Origin: Paraspadella gotoi
Taxonomy: Eukaryota > Animalia > Chaetognatha
DNA: 17,932 nucleotides
Assembly: GCA_051294375.1 (NCBI GenBank)
Contig: JBJCIZ010001233.1
Coordinates: 1-17,932 of the forward strand
Direction of reading: 5' to 3'
Shown here: positions 1-12,398 of the stretch, one piece after another
Numbering within the stretch: the stretch's first letter is position 1
How the letters are laid out: each line of letters opens with the position of its first letter
Program-made: the position numbers and the translations under genes
The notes under the pieces: model-generated
Databases searched by the model: none
What the model was told of the DNA's origin: nothing
Seen by the model: only the letters and a program-made list of their open reading frames with translations

Positions 1-125
1 CAAAGCCAATGTCAAAAATACTTTTTGTCAATTTTAAAAAAAATTCAAATCTTTCCAACTACTCAAATTTTTTTTTAGCTACTTAATTAAATAATAATAT
101 GTCGCTATGTTATAGTGATGGTCAC

Positions 126-230
126 TAGGGTGGAGTGATGAAAAGATGAGTGATAGAACCTTATTTTTTTGCTGCCTATAGAAATGTAATTAATGAATTT
201 TAAATCTTTTTAAAAATTTTTTTAGCATAA
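126..230 (+). repeat. Left terminal inverted repeat (~105 bp) of the hAT-like element
   Basis: Aligns by eye to the reverse complement of 16641-16733. The first 14 bp are identical, followed by shared AAAAGAT, GAAC, CTGCCTAT, TAATTAAT.AATTT and CATAA blocks. It carries a small extra GAGTGATA segment. Confidence 0.85.
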
Positions 231-2084
231 TTTTATTATAAAATATTTTTAAAAATTTTTAAATTATTTTTTTAAAACTATTAATATATATTTTATTCAA
301 GTATTAAAAGTTAATGCATTGTACTTGTTGTTTGTTGTTGTTTGTTGTTAATATTTTGAAACATTTTTTATTAACAATATATATAATAAATATTGAGTGA
401 GCTACTGTCATTATTTTATTATTTGGTGAAATTGTTTTTTACATAAATAAACAGTATGATTTACTATAATAAGTGGATATGAGATTGAATTAAAAAAGCA
501 TCAGCTATATTATATCTGAGTGTATTAGATTAGATTAAGCTATTTAAACATTAAAACAGCATCAATATGATTTTTTATAATAAAAGATAAGTTAATATCG
601 TTTATTATATTTTTTGAATTATCAATTTTATATATGTTTTTTTTTACTAAACATTTGTTTTAAAGACCTTATAGTCAGAAACTGTAAATTTTTGTATCAT
701 TTATTTTTAAAAAATATTCTATTGTTAAGTATCTAATTTGATTAATGTGATCTTTTTTTTTACATTTAATTTTACGTAAAATTCATAATGTAAAGAAAGT
801 TGTAAAAGTGGGAGGGTCTCAAAGTTAGAAGGCTATGATGTTTGTATGTAGCGATAATGAATAGTATTAATACTGACAACGATCAAAATGGGTAACACAG
901 CACACAAAAATAATAAAATAGAGATATTTTTGCAAAATTTTTTTCAAGATTTAAGATTCTATTGCTTTTTTTTGTCAAATTTTAAAGAGTTGGCAAGCAC
1001 TTATTGATCGAATCTTTTCAAAAAACAAAGATAAAAAAAAATTATGTAGCATCCATAGGGGATAATTTGTCTTATAACGTGCGTAAATTGCTGCTAAAAA
1101 ACTTTTAATAAAATTTGCTAGAGAGGGCCTAATAACAGTATAGTAGATTCAATTATTATAGTATGTAATTTTTATATAAATCATTAAAAATTTCTAACTT
1201 TTTTTTTATTTTTTAAGACAGCGGAGATATTTGGACTTTAGAGCATGGCTATAAAAACTGAGAGGAACTTTATAAAATATGTTTTTATATATTTTAGAGT
1301 ATTTAGAGTTACAAAATGATTCAAAATTTTTAATAACATTTATATAAGCTCTATCATGAAAGATGAGTAGAATGTTTTACCTAATTGTTACCCTGTTTGT
1401 GCCGCGCGCCGATTTTCAAAACACGTGAAAGATGACAAAATTTTGATGGATAACATATTGTTAATATTTTTGTGATTCAAGTTTGTTATGAAAATCTGAT
1501 TCTTTATTAAAAAGTTTGTAAAAAAACTTATCTTTCATAAAAATTTAGTTATTTGTATATGAACGTTATACATATTAGATATTATATTTTTTCTATACTA
1601 GGGAGAGGAGGACAGATAGTAGACAAAATATTTTTTATACGGCTAGTTAAGTCAATACATAATCATTTATCTCACATCTAAATATCCTTGTTCCATCATT
1701 TCACCATATTTTTTTTGTTTTTGGATCGGCTCCACTTAATAATCCTGAAACAGAAATTTTCAGCCCTAGTCCGTTTCGAGTTTGAGAGATTTTGATTGGT
1801 TTATCAATTAAGAAGTATTAGTTACAGCTAGGTTTGAAAAAGTGAAAAAAGAAAAAAAATTTTTTGCAGTAAAAATGACTCTTATGACATCTAACATGAG
1901 ATATCATAAGATAGCTAATATTTGTAGCGTTTTATGTCAGTTCATTAAGGTAACCTAATTAAGCCGTTTTTAAAAAAACAAGTTTGAGCAAAAGATGTCC
2001 GTATCGTCCTACCAATAATTAAGCGGTAAATCTGGCTAATCAAGATGAATAAATCAGGCAATATTTTTTTCAAAAAGATTTTTT

Positions 2085-2545
2085 TTCACGCAGCATATCT
2101 TTTTAAGGTCGGCATCATTTTTTAACACTCGCATAATTTGGATTTCTCATGCACATAATTTTTCAACTCATCATTTTTTCAGATTGTAGCATATATTTTT
2201 ACACAATCTGCAGGCATCATTTTTTTAACGCTGCAGCATAAATTTTTTGAAACTGCGCATCATTTTTTCCACGGGCAGATGAATTTTCAACTCATATTTT
2301 TCAATTTACGTGCATTTTGCAGTACACATTGAGATGCATGTTTTTTTAACTTGTCAGTCAAGTATTTCGTTAATTGCATTATTTACAAGAGGAAGAGAAA
2401 CAACAATGACAGGAGGTTGCGTAGGGCAGAGGGTGTCAATATTGAGAGTAGATTAAATTGTATAAAGTTGTTGAATTGTTTAGAACTTGCCTAATTTTAA
2501 TTCAATAGGCTGTTGAATAATTTGTAAGTCACGTTGCATGATTTT
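2085..2545 (+). repeat. Error-rich copy of the 18-bp GCATCATTTTT minisatellite array
   Basis: Recurrent GCATCATTTTT / GCATAATTT motifs, ending at GCATGATTTTAGTCT like the clean junction at 10545-10560. Confidence 0.75.
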
Positions 2546-3633
2546 AGTCTGGTAATTGGTGCATTGCCGTCTATATGACAGAAACAGGTAGTATCAACCA
2601 AAGTAACTTTCCGGTTAACCGATAGGTAAGGGCCGGGCAAAATTTTGGATTGCTGACAATTTTTCTCTCACAATATTTAAGCTGGGAAACCGGCCATGAG
2701 ATAAGAGGAAACGGGGCTTTCTCGTTGGGCGCGAGGGAGATAGTCTTGACAGGGTGACCGCTCCGAAGGCCGCGGATGAGAAAGTGTGTATATATTTTAG
2801 CGTGCAAATAGCGAATGATAACATGAGTACTCCGGATCCGTACTAAGAGTACTTTATTAGAAATGAATTGAAGCAAAAAATGGTATAGTTCGAAAAAGGC
2901 GAAAAATTTGGGAGAACTCATGTGAATAATGAGATGTGAAGTTAATGAGATCAGCAAGAGTAAGTATATATATTATGAATAGTCTTTCACATACTGATAA
3001 TTGTCGTTCATCTTTCTTCTAAGAACGTCAAATAGTGTGATAAATACAAACAGTAAATAAAGTGTGAGCAAAAAATGGTGGACAGATCGGGGCGTTCCTA
3101 GCAGGATAGGGGTGGTTGGCAAACGCGTCGAAAGGGGTTTACGTTCTTACCGTCTTGGTTCCTGGATCGGAAGAATCACGGCTTTGCGAGCGTTAGGGTA
3201 TGTTTTAAGAGGTCCTCCTGCAGAGATCGCTAACCAGAAGAAAGCATGACCTCGGCTACGTTCCCATTTTCTCAACGGACAGATGTAAGTAAACGAATCT
3301 GAATGTTAGAGTAAAATAGAATTTGTAATATATTAGTGGCGTTAGTAAGACTACTGAGTAAGGTAAGTCATGTAAAGGAAAATAAATACTCAAAGTAGTG
3401 TGATCTAAAAACGCAACAAAGTAATTTTAAGAAATATATTTTTTCGAAAATACTAAAATTTTTCTTTGAGGACGGGAAAAATTGGCCGTACACCGCCCGA
3501 CGGAACGGAGAAGGAGGAACTGTGTTCGTAAGAGAAGAAAAAAAAAATATTTGATTTTTTCAATTTAGGCATGGCGATAGCCATAACCCGGATAGGGTGG
3601 CTGCAATGCCAAAAGTTGACTCGCGAATGTTCA
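2546..3633 (+). repeat. Error-rich copy of the clean segment 10556-11582
   Basis: Shared anchors include GGAAACCGGCCAT, CAGGGTGACCG, GTAAACGAATCTGAA, AAAAATTGGCCGTAC and AATGCCAAAAGTTG. Confidence 0.85.
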
Positions 3634-5941
3634 AATGGGTATTCAAGATATGATGTGGTCTAAAAAAGAGTTAGAGACTATGCCGATTTAATAAAGTGGA
3701 GTCATGGGTGCGCATGCCCTGTCTTGAAGGATTTCTTGGACACGATGCCTTCATCGAACTCAATAGTGTTTATTGTGTTAAGAGTAAGAAAGGTTTTGGG
3801 AGTCCACGTCTAATATTTATTAGTTAGTAAAATGTAATATGAAGGTTTTTCTAAAATGTCCAACATAAAAATATTGGTTTTCTAGTTCCGCGTAATCCTC
3901 TGCGAGCGGGTCGTTCACTGCTAGCTGCAGCAGTACGGACTATCGAATCTATGACTTAACACATGCGGAGGTAGGTAGGTTGCGTATATAAATAGAATAA
4001 GTAATAAGAATGAAGATGTAGAAGTCTTTTGAGTGTGATCGGTATGAACTGTGAGGGTAAAGGTTCATATAAAGGCAATTATGTTCTTCAAATCCATAGC
4101 CTTAACTAATATTCATGAACTTTTTTCGTCTATGAACAATGCAAGTAATGGTCTACATGCTGGAGGAGTATTTGTGACAAATATTATTTAATTAATTGCT
4201 TAAATATTAATAAAAAATATATATTTTAATTAGGATGTAAGACAGTTTTTAAAAATAGATAAGATAAGAAGATCTATTTGGTAAAATCTTAAAAGTTGAA
4301 TATGGACCAACAACTTTCTCATGGAGCCTTTTTGTAAGGTTTAATAGAAAATTTATCTCGCAACCGACCATCAATTTAAGAAAAGGAAGTTAGTGATCAA
4401 AATAGCATTGAATGTAGCTGGCGCAAATAGCTCATAAGTTACGTTTTTATAATTAAATAATTTTTTGAACAGCACTTCTGTATGATACAGACCTGTAAGT
4501 GAGAATTTACAAATAGTAGCTGGAGGAAGTGAATAAGGACAAGAGGCTTCTGCTGGATTTAAGTTGTTCAGAAATAGGACTAAAGTCCATATTTTTTATT
4601 AAAATATGGGGTCATGAATAAATAGATAGGAAGCCTAATCAATAGTCATTTAATTCTAATCAAGGTGTGCCTACATCTTATGTAGATTTTTCATGTACAG
4701 ACTTGATTGAAGGATAAATTCTTTATTTATATTAAGTTTATAAATATAATGATTTTTTATCATAATATACGAGATCAGAAGTAAAGCATCAGCCTGAGGT
4801 ACCTATAGAATAATAATCTAAAAATAATAAAATCTTACTATGGCTAAAAATAGACTAAATCTAAGTTGACTTAAAGCTCAGTTTTATGGTTTTCTTTAAA
4901 ATGTTATGGAGTATTAATAATTTTGAATATATATTTTAATCTACGTCAATTCTTAATTTCTATAGCTTGATATATAAAAAAAGTGATTACTTGATGGATT
5001 GGTTTATTAACATTTTTGATTAATATGATTGAAGTGGTCAATAATTATTAATATGTAGATGGTTTTATTTTTACGATTGGTATTGAATGATAGGATATAC
5101 TTCATCATATGATATAGATGAAAATTATTATATTAGAACTTGGATAAAATAGATTTATAATAATCCCACTTGATATATATAATAAAAAAAATTTTTATAA
5201 ACCACTTGTGGTCACATCATCCGCCACTCGAATTTGGCACTTTGGCAGATCACTTTTAATCAGTCAAAATTGATTAATCAATGAATTTGAAAAAACATTA
5301 TATCTAATCTCGTTGGTATCTAAGTCCTCCCTTAGCAAAAAAAAATTGCAATTATTGCGTTGATTGAATGGATTGGAGTAAAGTGTTGATTCAAAAGCTA
5401 TAACCAACTCAAGCAATTATTAACGGGCGACTCTACAGGAAGTGAGTTTAACTAGAACCAAGAAACAACTTCAATTCTAATCAACGCATGGATTGGATCA
5501 TAAAATCTTTTACTAGCGAAATCTGGGGGTTAGATGCTGCAGGAATCTCTAAATATACATCATCAGGAGTTAGTTAAAGCCATAAAAGGACGGGTAGGGC
5601 AAGGGGTAAATATATGAATATTTGTTTGAGGTAAATGGGAAACAGATTTAATACATATCTCATTATTTTTATGACTTCTCGCTCTCTCCTTTCAGCACAT
5701 TTATATTTATGGTAGCTGTATGGCCTCTCCCCATCGCAACACCCAATTCATAATACTTGTGCAGTACGAAATGAGAACAAATGCGATCACGTCAGAGAAC
5801 AGTACATTGTTATGTCTTCTGTGAAAATATGGCAAGGGATATCTTATGCACAGATGCACTATTGAGAAAGCAAGGTCCGTTAGTAGGTTCTGCGCAATGT
5901 AGATGAATGAAGATAAGAGCCTGAAAAAAACGGGCAAAGTC

Positions 5942-8900
5942 GCATGGTCTGTTTTTCTGAATCCCAAATGGTGCGGAGAGTAAAACATAACGGGGAATAG
6001 CGGTATTTGGGTTACTAAAGGATGGCAGAAGGAAAAGGTAGAACGTATTAGAGAGAAAAGTTAGAAATACACGCCGACACATATTTCCAAAGAGATAAAC
6101 ATATGGTTGTGATGAAAGAGCGAAGAAGAATACCGTGATTCCAGATTAAGATGATATCATAGTACACTGCGACGGCATGATTACAAAACTGGAAAACAAG
6201 CATACAGCGGGTGAGGAGAGTAACGACCGGAAGGGAATGACAGAGGGAAGAAGATCATGAACGTAGCCTGAAACTATGTTCCGTTGCGCACCAATATAAT
6301 ACGTTAATATACTGCAATTCAATAAATATGGTTCGTAACATTTCAAGAAAACCTTGTGCTTTTACTCTAATAGGTTAAAATTAGTAAAAAGATTTTGGGT
6401 AAATGTGGATTGATGATGTTTTATTGTCATTTGAAGCTAGCATTTCTATTCTTCTGCCGAGAAACTGTTTATACCTGTTGTTCAATCATACCGTGATGTA
6501 TCATCCATTCATACGATAATGCAATTTTTTGCTAAGGGGGCGATGGATAGATCAGACGGATACATTAATTTATTTTTCAGAATTTAATTATAATTCATTT
6601 TTTTGACATGGGATTAAACGTGATGTGAGTGCCAAAGAATTGAGTGGGGGAATTGATGGATCCGACAAGTGGATATAAAATTTTTTTTATTTATATATAA
6701 TATAAGGATTATTTAGTGAAATCATATTTTATCAGTTTTAATAGTAAAATATATTCATCTATAATCATTGGATGCAGATATCTCATCATCATAGACATAA
6801 TCTGTAATATGAATAATCAACATATCCTAATATTAATATATTTGACATCAATCAATTAATCAAAATTAATAAACCAATCCATCAAGTAATCACTTTTTAT
6901 TATATATCAGAAATAGGGAAATTAAGAATTAAGAGCATGTTCAAATATTCATAATTAAATAAACTCATACATTTAAAAGAAACTAAAAAACTGAGCTTTA
7001 ATGGTAAATAGAGTTTAGCTATTTTATATAGATATTTTATTATTGGTGAGGTATATATCCATCTTAAGGTTGACATCAGCTCGGATGCTTTTCTGATAAT
7101 TATCAATAATTATTGATTAAGAATAATATATTTTTTATTAAGTCACTATACGAAAAGATTTTTAATCTTCAGAGCAGTCTGTATATGAAGGAAGCGTACA
7201 AGAGTGCTTGGCAAGCTTGGATTAGGAAGTATATGGTATTGTAGTACTATCAATTTTATATCGGAACCATATTTATAAAAATAGCGTGGGTGGATTTATC
7301 TTTAATTAAAGACTTTATCAGCAGAAGCCGTGTTCAAATCCTCGAAGCATATTGAAATAGCTTTACGGTACGTATAAAGAATGCTGTATCAAAAAATGTT
7401 ATTAAAAAGATAACTAGAGTCTTTGGCAGCAGCGCTTCGACCCCTACGGCGAGGTAGTGAAGAGCTAGTTTTTGTAGATACTTTCCTTTTTTGTTATTGA
7501 TGGGGTGTGGAGTAAATTTTAGAAAGCCTTCAATGAGGACGTCATATGAGAGTTGTATTGTAAGCAATTTTAAGATTTACAAATATTTTGATCTATCTTT
7601 TTTTAAATAAGATGTCTTACATCGTAATAATAGGATATTTTTTTGGATATAGCTTGTTAAGCTACATTATAACTGTGAACTAATGAAGTATGCCGGTCGC
7701 AGGAGTGATATGGACATACTGCATTTGTAAAAAAGTTATGAAAATTCGTTAAGGGCTATTGTGGTGAATGAATAATAATAGGTATATATAGAAATATTAT
7801 ATAGTAGCAGTCCAGGCACTCAAAGAGATATACTCTTTTTTTAGATAGCTACCGACCCTCCAGCCAGTGTTGTATCTGATGCAGCATAGAATCCGAGAGG
7901 TAGGTTGGGAGATGAAAATTTATTTGAATTAACTTCATGTAAGTACTGTTTACTAAAACTAATAAATTTAAGTTGGTGACGCAGAAACGCTGTGCGTTGA
8001 TCTTATTAGACAGAAAAAGAACTGATTAAGGTGAAAGAGTGGTAGCAAGAATTCCTGATAAGGCAGGGTAGGACGGCACATGATGAACTTATGTTAGACA
8101 TGCGATGGTTCCTAACATTTTTTTAGAGCAAGTCCAGGTACATAATTATGTGAACACCGTTAGCATTATGAAGATCCGCAACTTTTGGACTGTGGGCACG
8201 CACCTAGGAAGGGCGGGGCGGCATAGTCGACATTGCTAGTTCTGCAAAACGAACGATATTTCGTTTCTTTTGTAAACGAAAGGTTTCGTTCCTCTCGTTC
8301 GTGGGGGGGTAAGGCATTTTTGTCGTAATAAAATTTATATTGCTTCTTAGAAATAGTATTTTTTGAAATATTTGTTCGTTTTTTTAGAAAATTTCAGGAT
8401 ATTTTTTCGATTTTTAGATACTTAGGTGATCCCACTGAATTTACAAGTTAATTTTTAGTTTCTTTTCAGAGTTCGTTGTGGTAGGTCGTTGAGAAAAATG
8501 TGAATTAGGTTGAGCCAGGTCAGAGGTTTCATTGGTGTAAGCATGAGAGGAGGGCAAAATAACAACCATAAGCTCGCCAAAGCGTAGTTCTCCGCGACAG
8601 AACAAGACGGAACAATCGAAACATGCCCGTCTTCGTAGCGAGTGTGCAACCACATGGCTAGGAACGCCGATTGTCAATTTTTTGTTGTGAATTATATTGT
8701 ATGTTTGATTTAGATTTATTGATGAGCCTAGGGAAGAAAGACAGAAGACACGAGACTGCAGAGCGTAAGTGATAATTGTGATAGCGAGATAGAGATGAGG
8801 TATTAGATGATGAATGATAATGATAAGAGGAAGTGAGTTAAAGATAAATGAGAGACTGAGATAATACATATAGATTTATCTCCTCTCGTGAGACATACTT

Positions 8901-10426
8901 GTATAATTAGTTACCATGATTGCCGATAGGGCTAGTAGCATGGTTATATTGGAAGCGGCAGTGTGTGTGGAAGGAAATGACTATAGGTAATAGTGGGTTT
9001 TTTGCCTCAAAACTTTAAAAAATATCTAGACGGACGGACTTTATGGTGGACTTGACGCTGAAATAGATTACGTAGAAACTGTGTAGTCATTAGTGGAGTG
9101 ACGGTCCGCTGGTGTCAGAAGGTCTAACTGCAATGGCGGCGCTGCGGCTGGATAAGGATGGCGGGCGTTTCTTACTGTGGTACGATTCCGGTTCAGTGCA
9201 TAAAAGATAAACAGAGAAATTTGGTATGAGAGAAATATCGACTGCGGGAACGCCACAAACGATGTAGTACTGGGAGATACGCTTGAACGGATGTGGATAA
9301 AATAACGAAGAGGTTATCGTTGGTGCTGAGCATACCGTCTTTTCTCTAGATGGATGTGACGGAGGCTAAAATGTCGGCGCACTTGAGCCCGAGAGAGATA
9401 TAAAATTATCAAGTTGATGAAGTAATAAGAGCTGATAGAAAGTAATGCAGATAAGTAAAAGAATGGTATAACCATTTTAACAATTGATGCAAGGTGTGGA
9501 AGAAATGAGCAAGTATAAAAAAACTGATGCGAAGTATGGGAGTAAAAGAATGATTTGTAGGAAGTAATTGAACGAAAGAAATGGCAGGATTGAAAAGAAT
9601 TTATGGTGCTGGAAAATGATCGTTCAAAATTATGCAGTTTAAAAAAATGATGGGCGATGGTATATAAGAATGAGATATGAAAAAATGATGAGTGAGAAGA
9701 GAATTGCTGTGTGTCCGTTAGGAAAAAATTGATGCGAAGTTAAAAAAATGAGTGGCGCAATGGTAATTAACAAAATGGATGCGAGTGAAAAAAATTTAAA
9801 AATATATTGGCTGAATTTATCATTGATTAAGCAAGATTACCAGGTTAAGTTATTGTAGGCGAATCCTCGGACATTGTTTTTGCTCATAAGGACTGTGTTT
9901 TTTTCTAAAAGAACGCTTATTAGGTATTACCTATAGAAATGAAAACCGTACAAAATCTTAGTATCTTTGATCATGATTAGATGCATAGAGTATATTGTGA
10001 CTTGGCGTAGAATATTTTGTTTGAGCTGTTTTCAAAACCAGCTGTACCGAATATTTTTAAATTCAAAACAAGTCAAAATACTCTCAATCCGGAGGAGGGT
10101 GAAATTATGTGCAGGAATGATTAGAGTGGAGGAATTCAAAAACAAAGATAAATATTTGAATGGAATGGAATAGAGGATAGTTTAGGATTGTGAGATTAAT
10201 TTGATATATGATAACTAGTAAAAATAATATTTTGGTCATATTGTCTATCTCCATTATAGGATAATATATAATATTTGTGAGATAACAGGATTATGTGATA
10301 AAGTAGTAAATTATAAAGATATTTTTAAACTGTTTTAATAAAGAATCAATTATCTTCATAAAAACTTGAATCAAAAATAAATTGTTATAAAAATTTTTGT
10401 CATCTTCGTGGTTTAAAATGGGAAAA
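5942..10426 (-). repeat. Right arm of the noisy inverted duplication (probable raw long-read pass 2)
   Basis: Mirror image of 1412-5935. It contains the inverted 0.9-kb unit (e.g. 9333 TACCGTCTTTTCTCTAGA, ~9000 TTTTGCCTCAAAACTTTAAAAAATATCTAGACGGACGGA) and the inverted minisatellite (AAAAAATGATG, ~9400-9800). It ends at a 25-N gap. Confidence 0.9.
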
Positions 10427-10451
10427 NNNNNNNNNNNNNNNNNNNNNNNNN
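10427..10451. other. Assembly gap, 25 N
   Basis: Run of N counted from the listing. Confidence 0.98.
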
Positions 10452-10555
10452 CTTGCATCATTTTTTCAACTTGCATCATTTTTTAAAATTGTATAATTTT
10501 TTTAACTTGCATAATTTCATCAACTTTCATAATTTCATCAACTTGCATAATTTTA
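10452..10555 (+). repeat. 18-bp minisatellite, ~5.8 visible units (CTTGCAT(C/A)ATTT(T/C)(T/A)TCAA), truncated by the gap
   Basis: Units start at 10452, 10470, 10488, 10506, 10524 and 10542, an exact 18-bp period. Confidence 0.95.
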
Positions 10556-11519
10556 GTTCTCGGTAAGGTCCTTGCCCGTCTAAAGAGAAAGACGGTAGTC
10601 AGACAAGTAAACCTTCGTTACCGAATGCCGAAAAAAGTTTGGAGTTCCCGACGATTTCTCTCAACCAATTCTTGCTGGAACCGGCCATACGTACAAGAGA
10701 AACCGCCCGCCTTGCGGCGCGCAGGGAGACAGTCTTGAACAGGGTTGACCGTCACTCCAAAGGCCTAAAGTTGTAATATTTTAGCGTCAACTCACAAAAC
10801 TCCGTCCGTCTAGAGTATTTTTAAAGTTGAGGCAAAAAACTTTTATCAAAAGGCGAAAAAATGTTAGGGGCAAACTATGAATAATATAAAATGTCAGAGA
10901 GAGATAATCTATATTATTCTTTCCTACTATAATTGTCGTCTCTTCTCCTAGGCTATCAAAAAATCAACANNNNNNNNNNNNNNNNNNNNNNNNNNNNNNN
11001 NNNNNNNNNNNNNNNNNNNNNNNNNNNNNNNNNNNNNNNNNNNNNNNNNNNNNNNNNNNNNNNNNNNNNNNNNNNNNNNNNNNNNNNNNNNNNNNNNNNN
11101 NNNNNNNNNNNNNNNNNNNNNNNNNNNNNNNNNNNNNNNNNNNNNNNNNNNNNNNNNNNNNNNNNNNNNNNNNNNNNNNNNNNNNNNNNNNNNNNNNNNN
11201 NNNNNNNNNNNNNNNNNNNNNNNNNNNNNNNNNNNNNNNNNNNNNNNNNNNNNNNNNNNNNNNNNNNNNNNTACGTAAACGAATCTGAAAAGAAACTAAA
11301 AATAAACTTTGTAATTTAGTGGGTTAGTAACCTAAGTACTAAATAATCGAAAAAATATCAATTTTTCTAAAAAACGAACAAAGTATTTTTAAAAAATATT
11401 TTTTCTAAAAAATACTAAATTTTTATTACGAAAAATTGGCCGTACCCCCCGCACGAACGGAGAGGAACGAACCTGTTCGTACAAAAAGAAAAAAAATTTT
11501 CGATTTTTCAAATTTAGCA
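10556..11519 (+). repeat. ~0.9-kb duplicated unit, copy A (interrupted by a 302-N gap)
   Basis: Runs from GTTCTCGGTAAGGTCCTTGCCCGTCTAAAGAGAAAGACGG to AAATTTAGCA, colinear with 12399-13293. Confidence 0.92.
10970..11271. other. Assembly gap, 302 N
   Basis: Run of N. The homologous sequence is visible at ~12825-13039 and ~3050-3285. Confidence 0.98.
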
Positions 11520-11582
11520 TGGCGACTTAGCCATGACGCCCTCGCTAGGGTGTGCCAAATGCCAAAAGTTGCTCGGATTTCA

Positions 11583-11682
11583 NNNNNNNNNNNNNNNNNN
11601 NNNNNNNNNNNNNNNNNNNNNNNNNNNNNNNNNNNNNNNNNNNNNNNNNNNNNNNNNNNNNNNNNNNNNNNNNNNNNNNNNN
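11583..11682. other. Assembly gap, 100 N (conventional unknown-size gap)
   Basis: Run of exactly 100 N. Confidence 0.98.
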
Positions 11683-12398
11683 CGATGAAGCCCCTCCGCA
11701 TGCGAAAGACCGAATCTTCGAAGATCTGCGTACGTCCGTCTCCTTACCAAAAAATATTTAGAGCCGCACAACCGCTACTACGACGACGAAAAACCTTATA
11801 CTTAAGCCCCACGGGCAAAAAAATAGTAAAATTAGACGAGAATCACTAATGTACTAAACTTCGCCGTCGAATCTTCTTGTAATGCAAAATCTCTTGCAAA
11901 TATACACTGTAAAACAAAAATAATTAATCCTTATCTCCCTTATGTCGTTAGTAGGTTTTGGCAAATAAAAAATATTAAACTGAACTCTAAAACGAAATCA
12001 ATTCCTACTCACAAATACTAAAACCGAAACATATGAAAACCAAAAAATCGTACTCTGTAAAAACAAAAGCAATAACTAAACGCGCTGAAGGAAGTTACTT
12101 TATTGGTTTAACCTTGCTTTAAGCATCCGTCTGCCATATCAGACGAGATTAAATACGGCAAGGTAAAACTAGAAGACAACGGATGCGGCGAGCATGCTCC
12201 AACCCTGCCCCAAAAAGCAAGCAAAGCAATAACATGGTAAACCTTCTCCTCGCTGCTCCCTACCCAGCTCCCTGCTAACTTATTTTAAAGGGAGAAAGCG
12301 ACACAAAAATGAGACGTACAATACCAAACTAATTACTTAATCAATGACCTGCCAAAGAAAAATGAATTGTAACCGAAAGGTCGGGTAAGTACTAAAAG

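Larger units (their letters stand above)
1412..5935 (+). repeat. Left arm of a ~4.5-kb noisy inverted duplication (probable raw long-read pass 1)
   Basis: Reverse-complement anchors: 4979-5010 AAAAGTGATTACTTGATGGATTGGTTTATTAA with 6866-6897 TTAATAAACCAATCCATCAAGTAATCACTTTT; ~1430 AGATGACAAAA with ~10396 TTTTGTCATCT; ~5181-5208 with ~6665-6691; ~5810-5831 with ~6080-6100. Anchor midpoints all fall at ~5915-5965. Confidence 0.9.

Noticed and set aside
118-125. 8-bp TSD for the large hAT-like element
   Set aside because: ATGGTCAC does not match the right flank TTGTGTAA (16734-16741).
325-350. TTGTTG run as a SMRTbell adapter remnant
   Set aside because: It lacks the flanking CCTCCTCC and GAGAGAGAT parts and is not at the fold-back centre; it is a simple microsatellite. 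No adapter is recognisable at ~5940 either.
884-1399. Short inverted motif CAAAATGGGTAACA ... TGTTACCCTGTTTG as MITE ends
   Set aside because: Only an 8-bp exact core, no TSD found, and the sequence quality here is uncertain.
2571-10173. ORF-track ORFs of 61-142 aa inside the two fold-back arms
   Set aside because: They lie in error-rich sequence, are not conserved between mirrored arms or in the clean copy, and show no recognisable domains.
10452-10555. Periodic repeat as a CRISPR array
   Set aside because: Head-to-tail 18-bp units without unique spacers, no cas genes, and a eukaryotic context.
10291-11849. ORFs running through N gaps
   Set aside because: They are open only because of the Ns.
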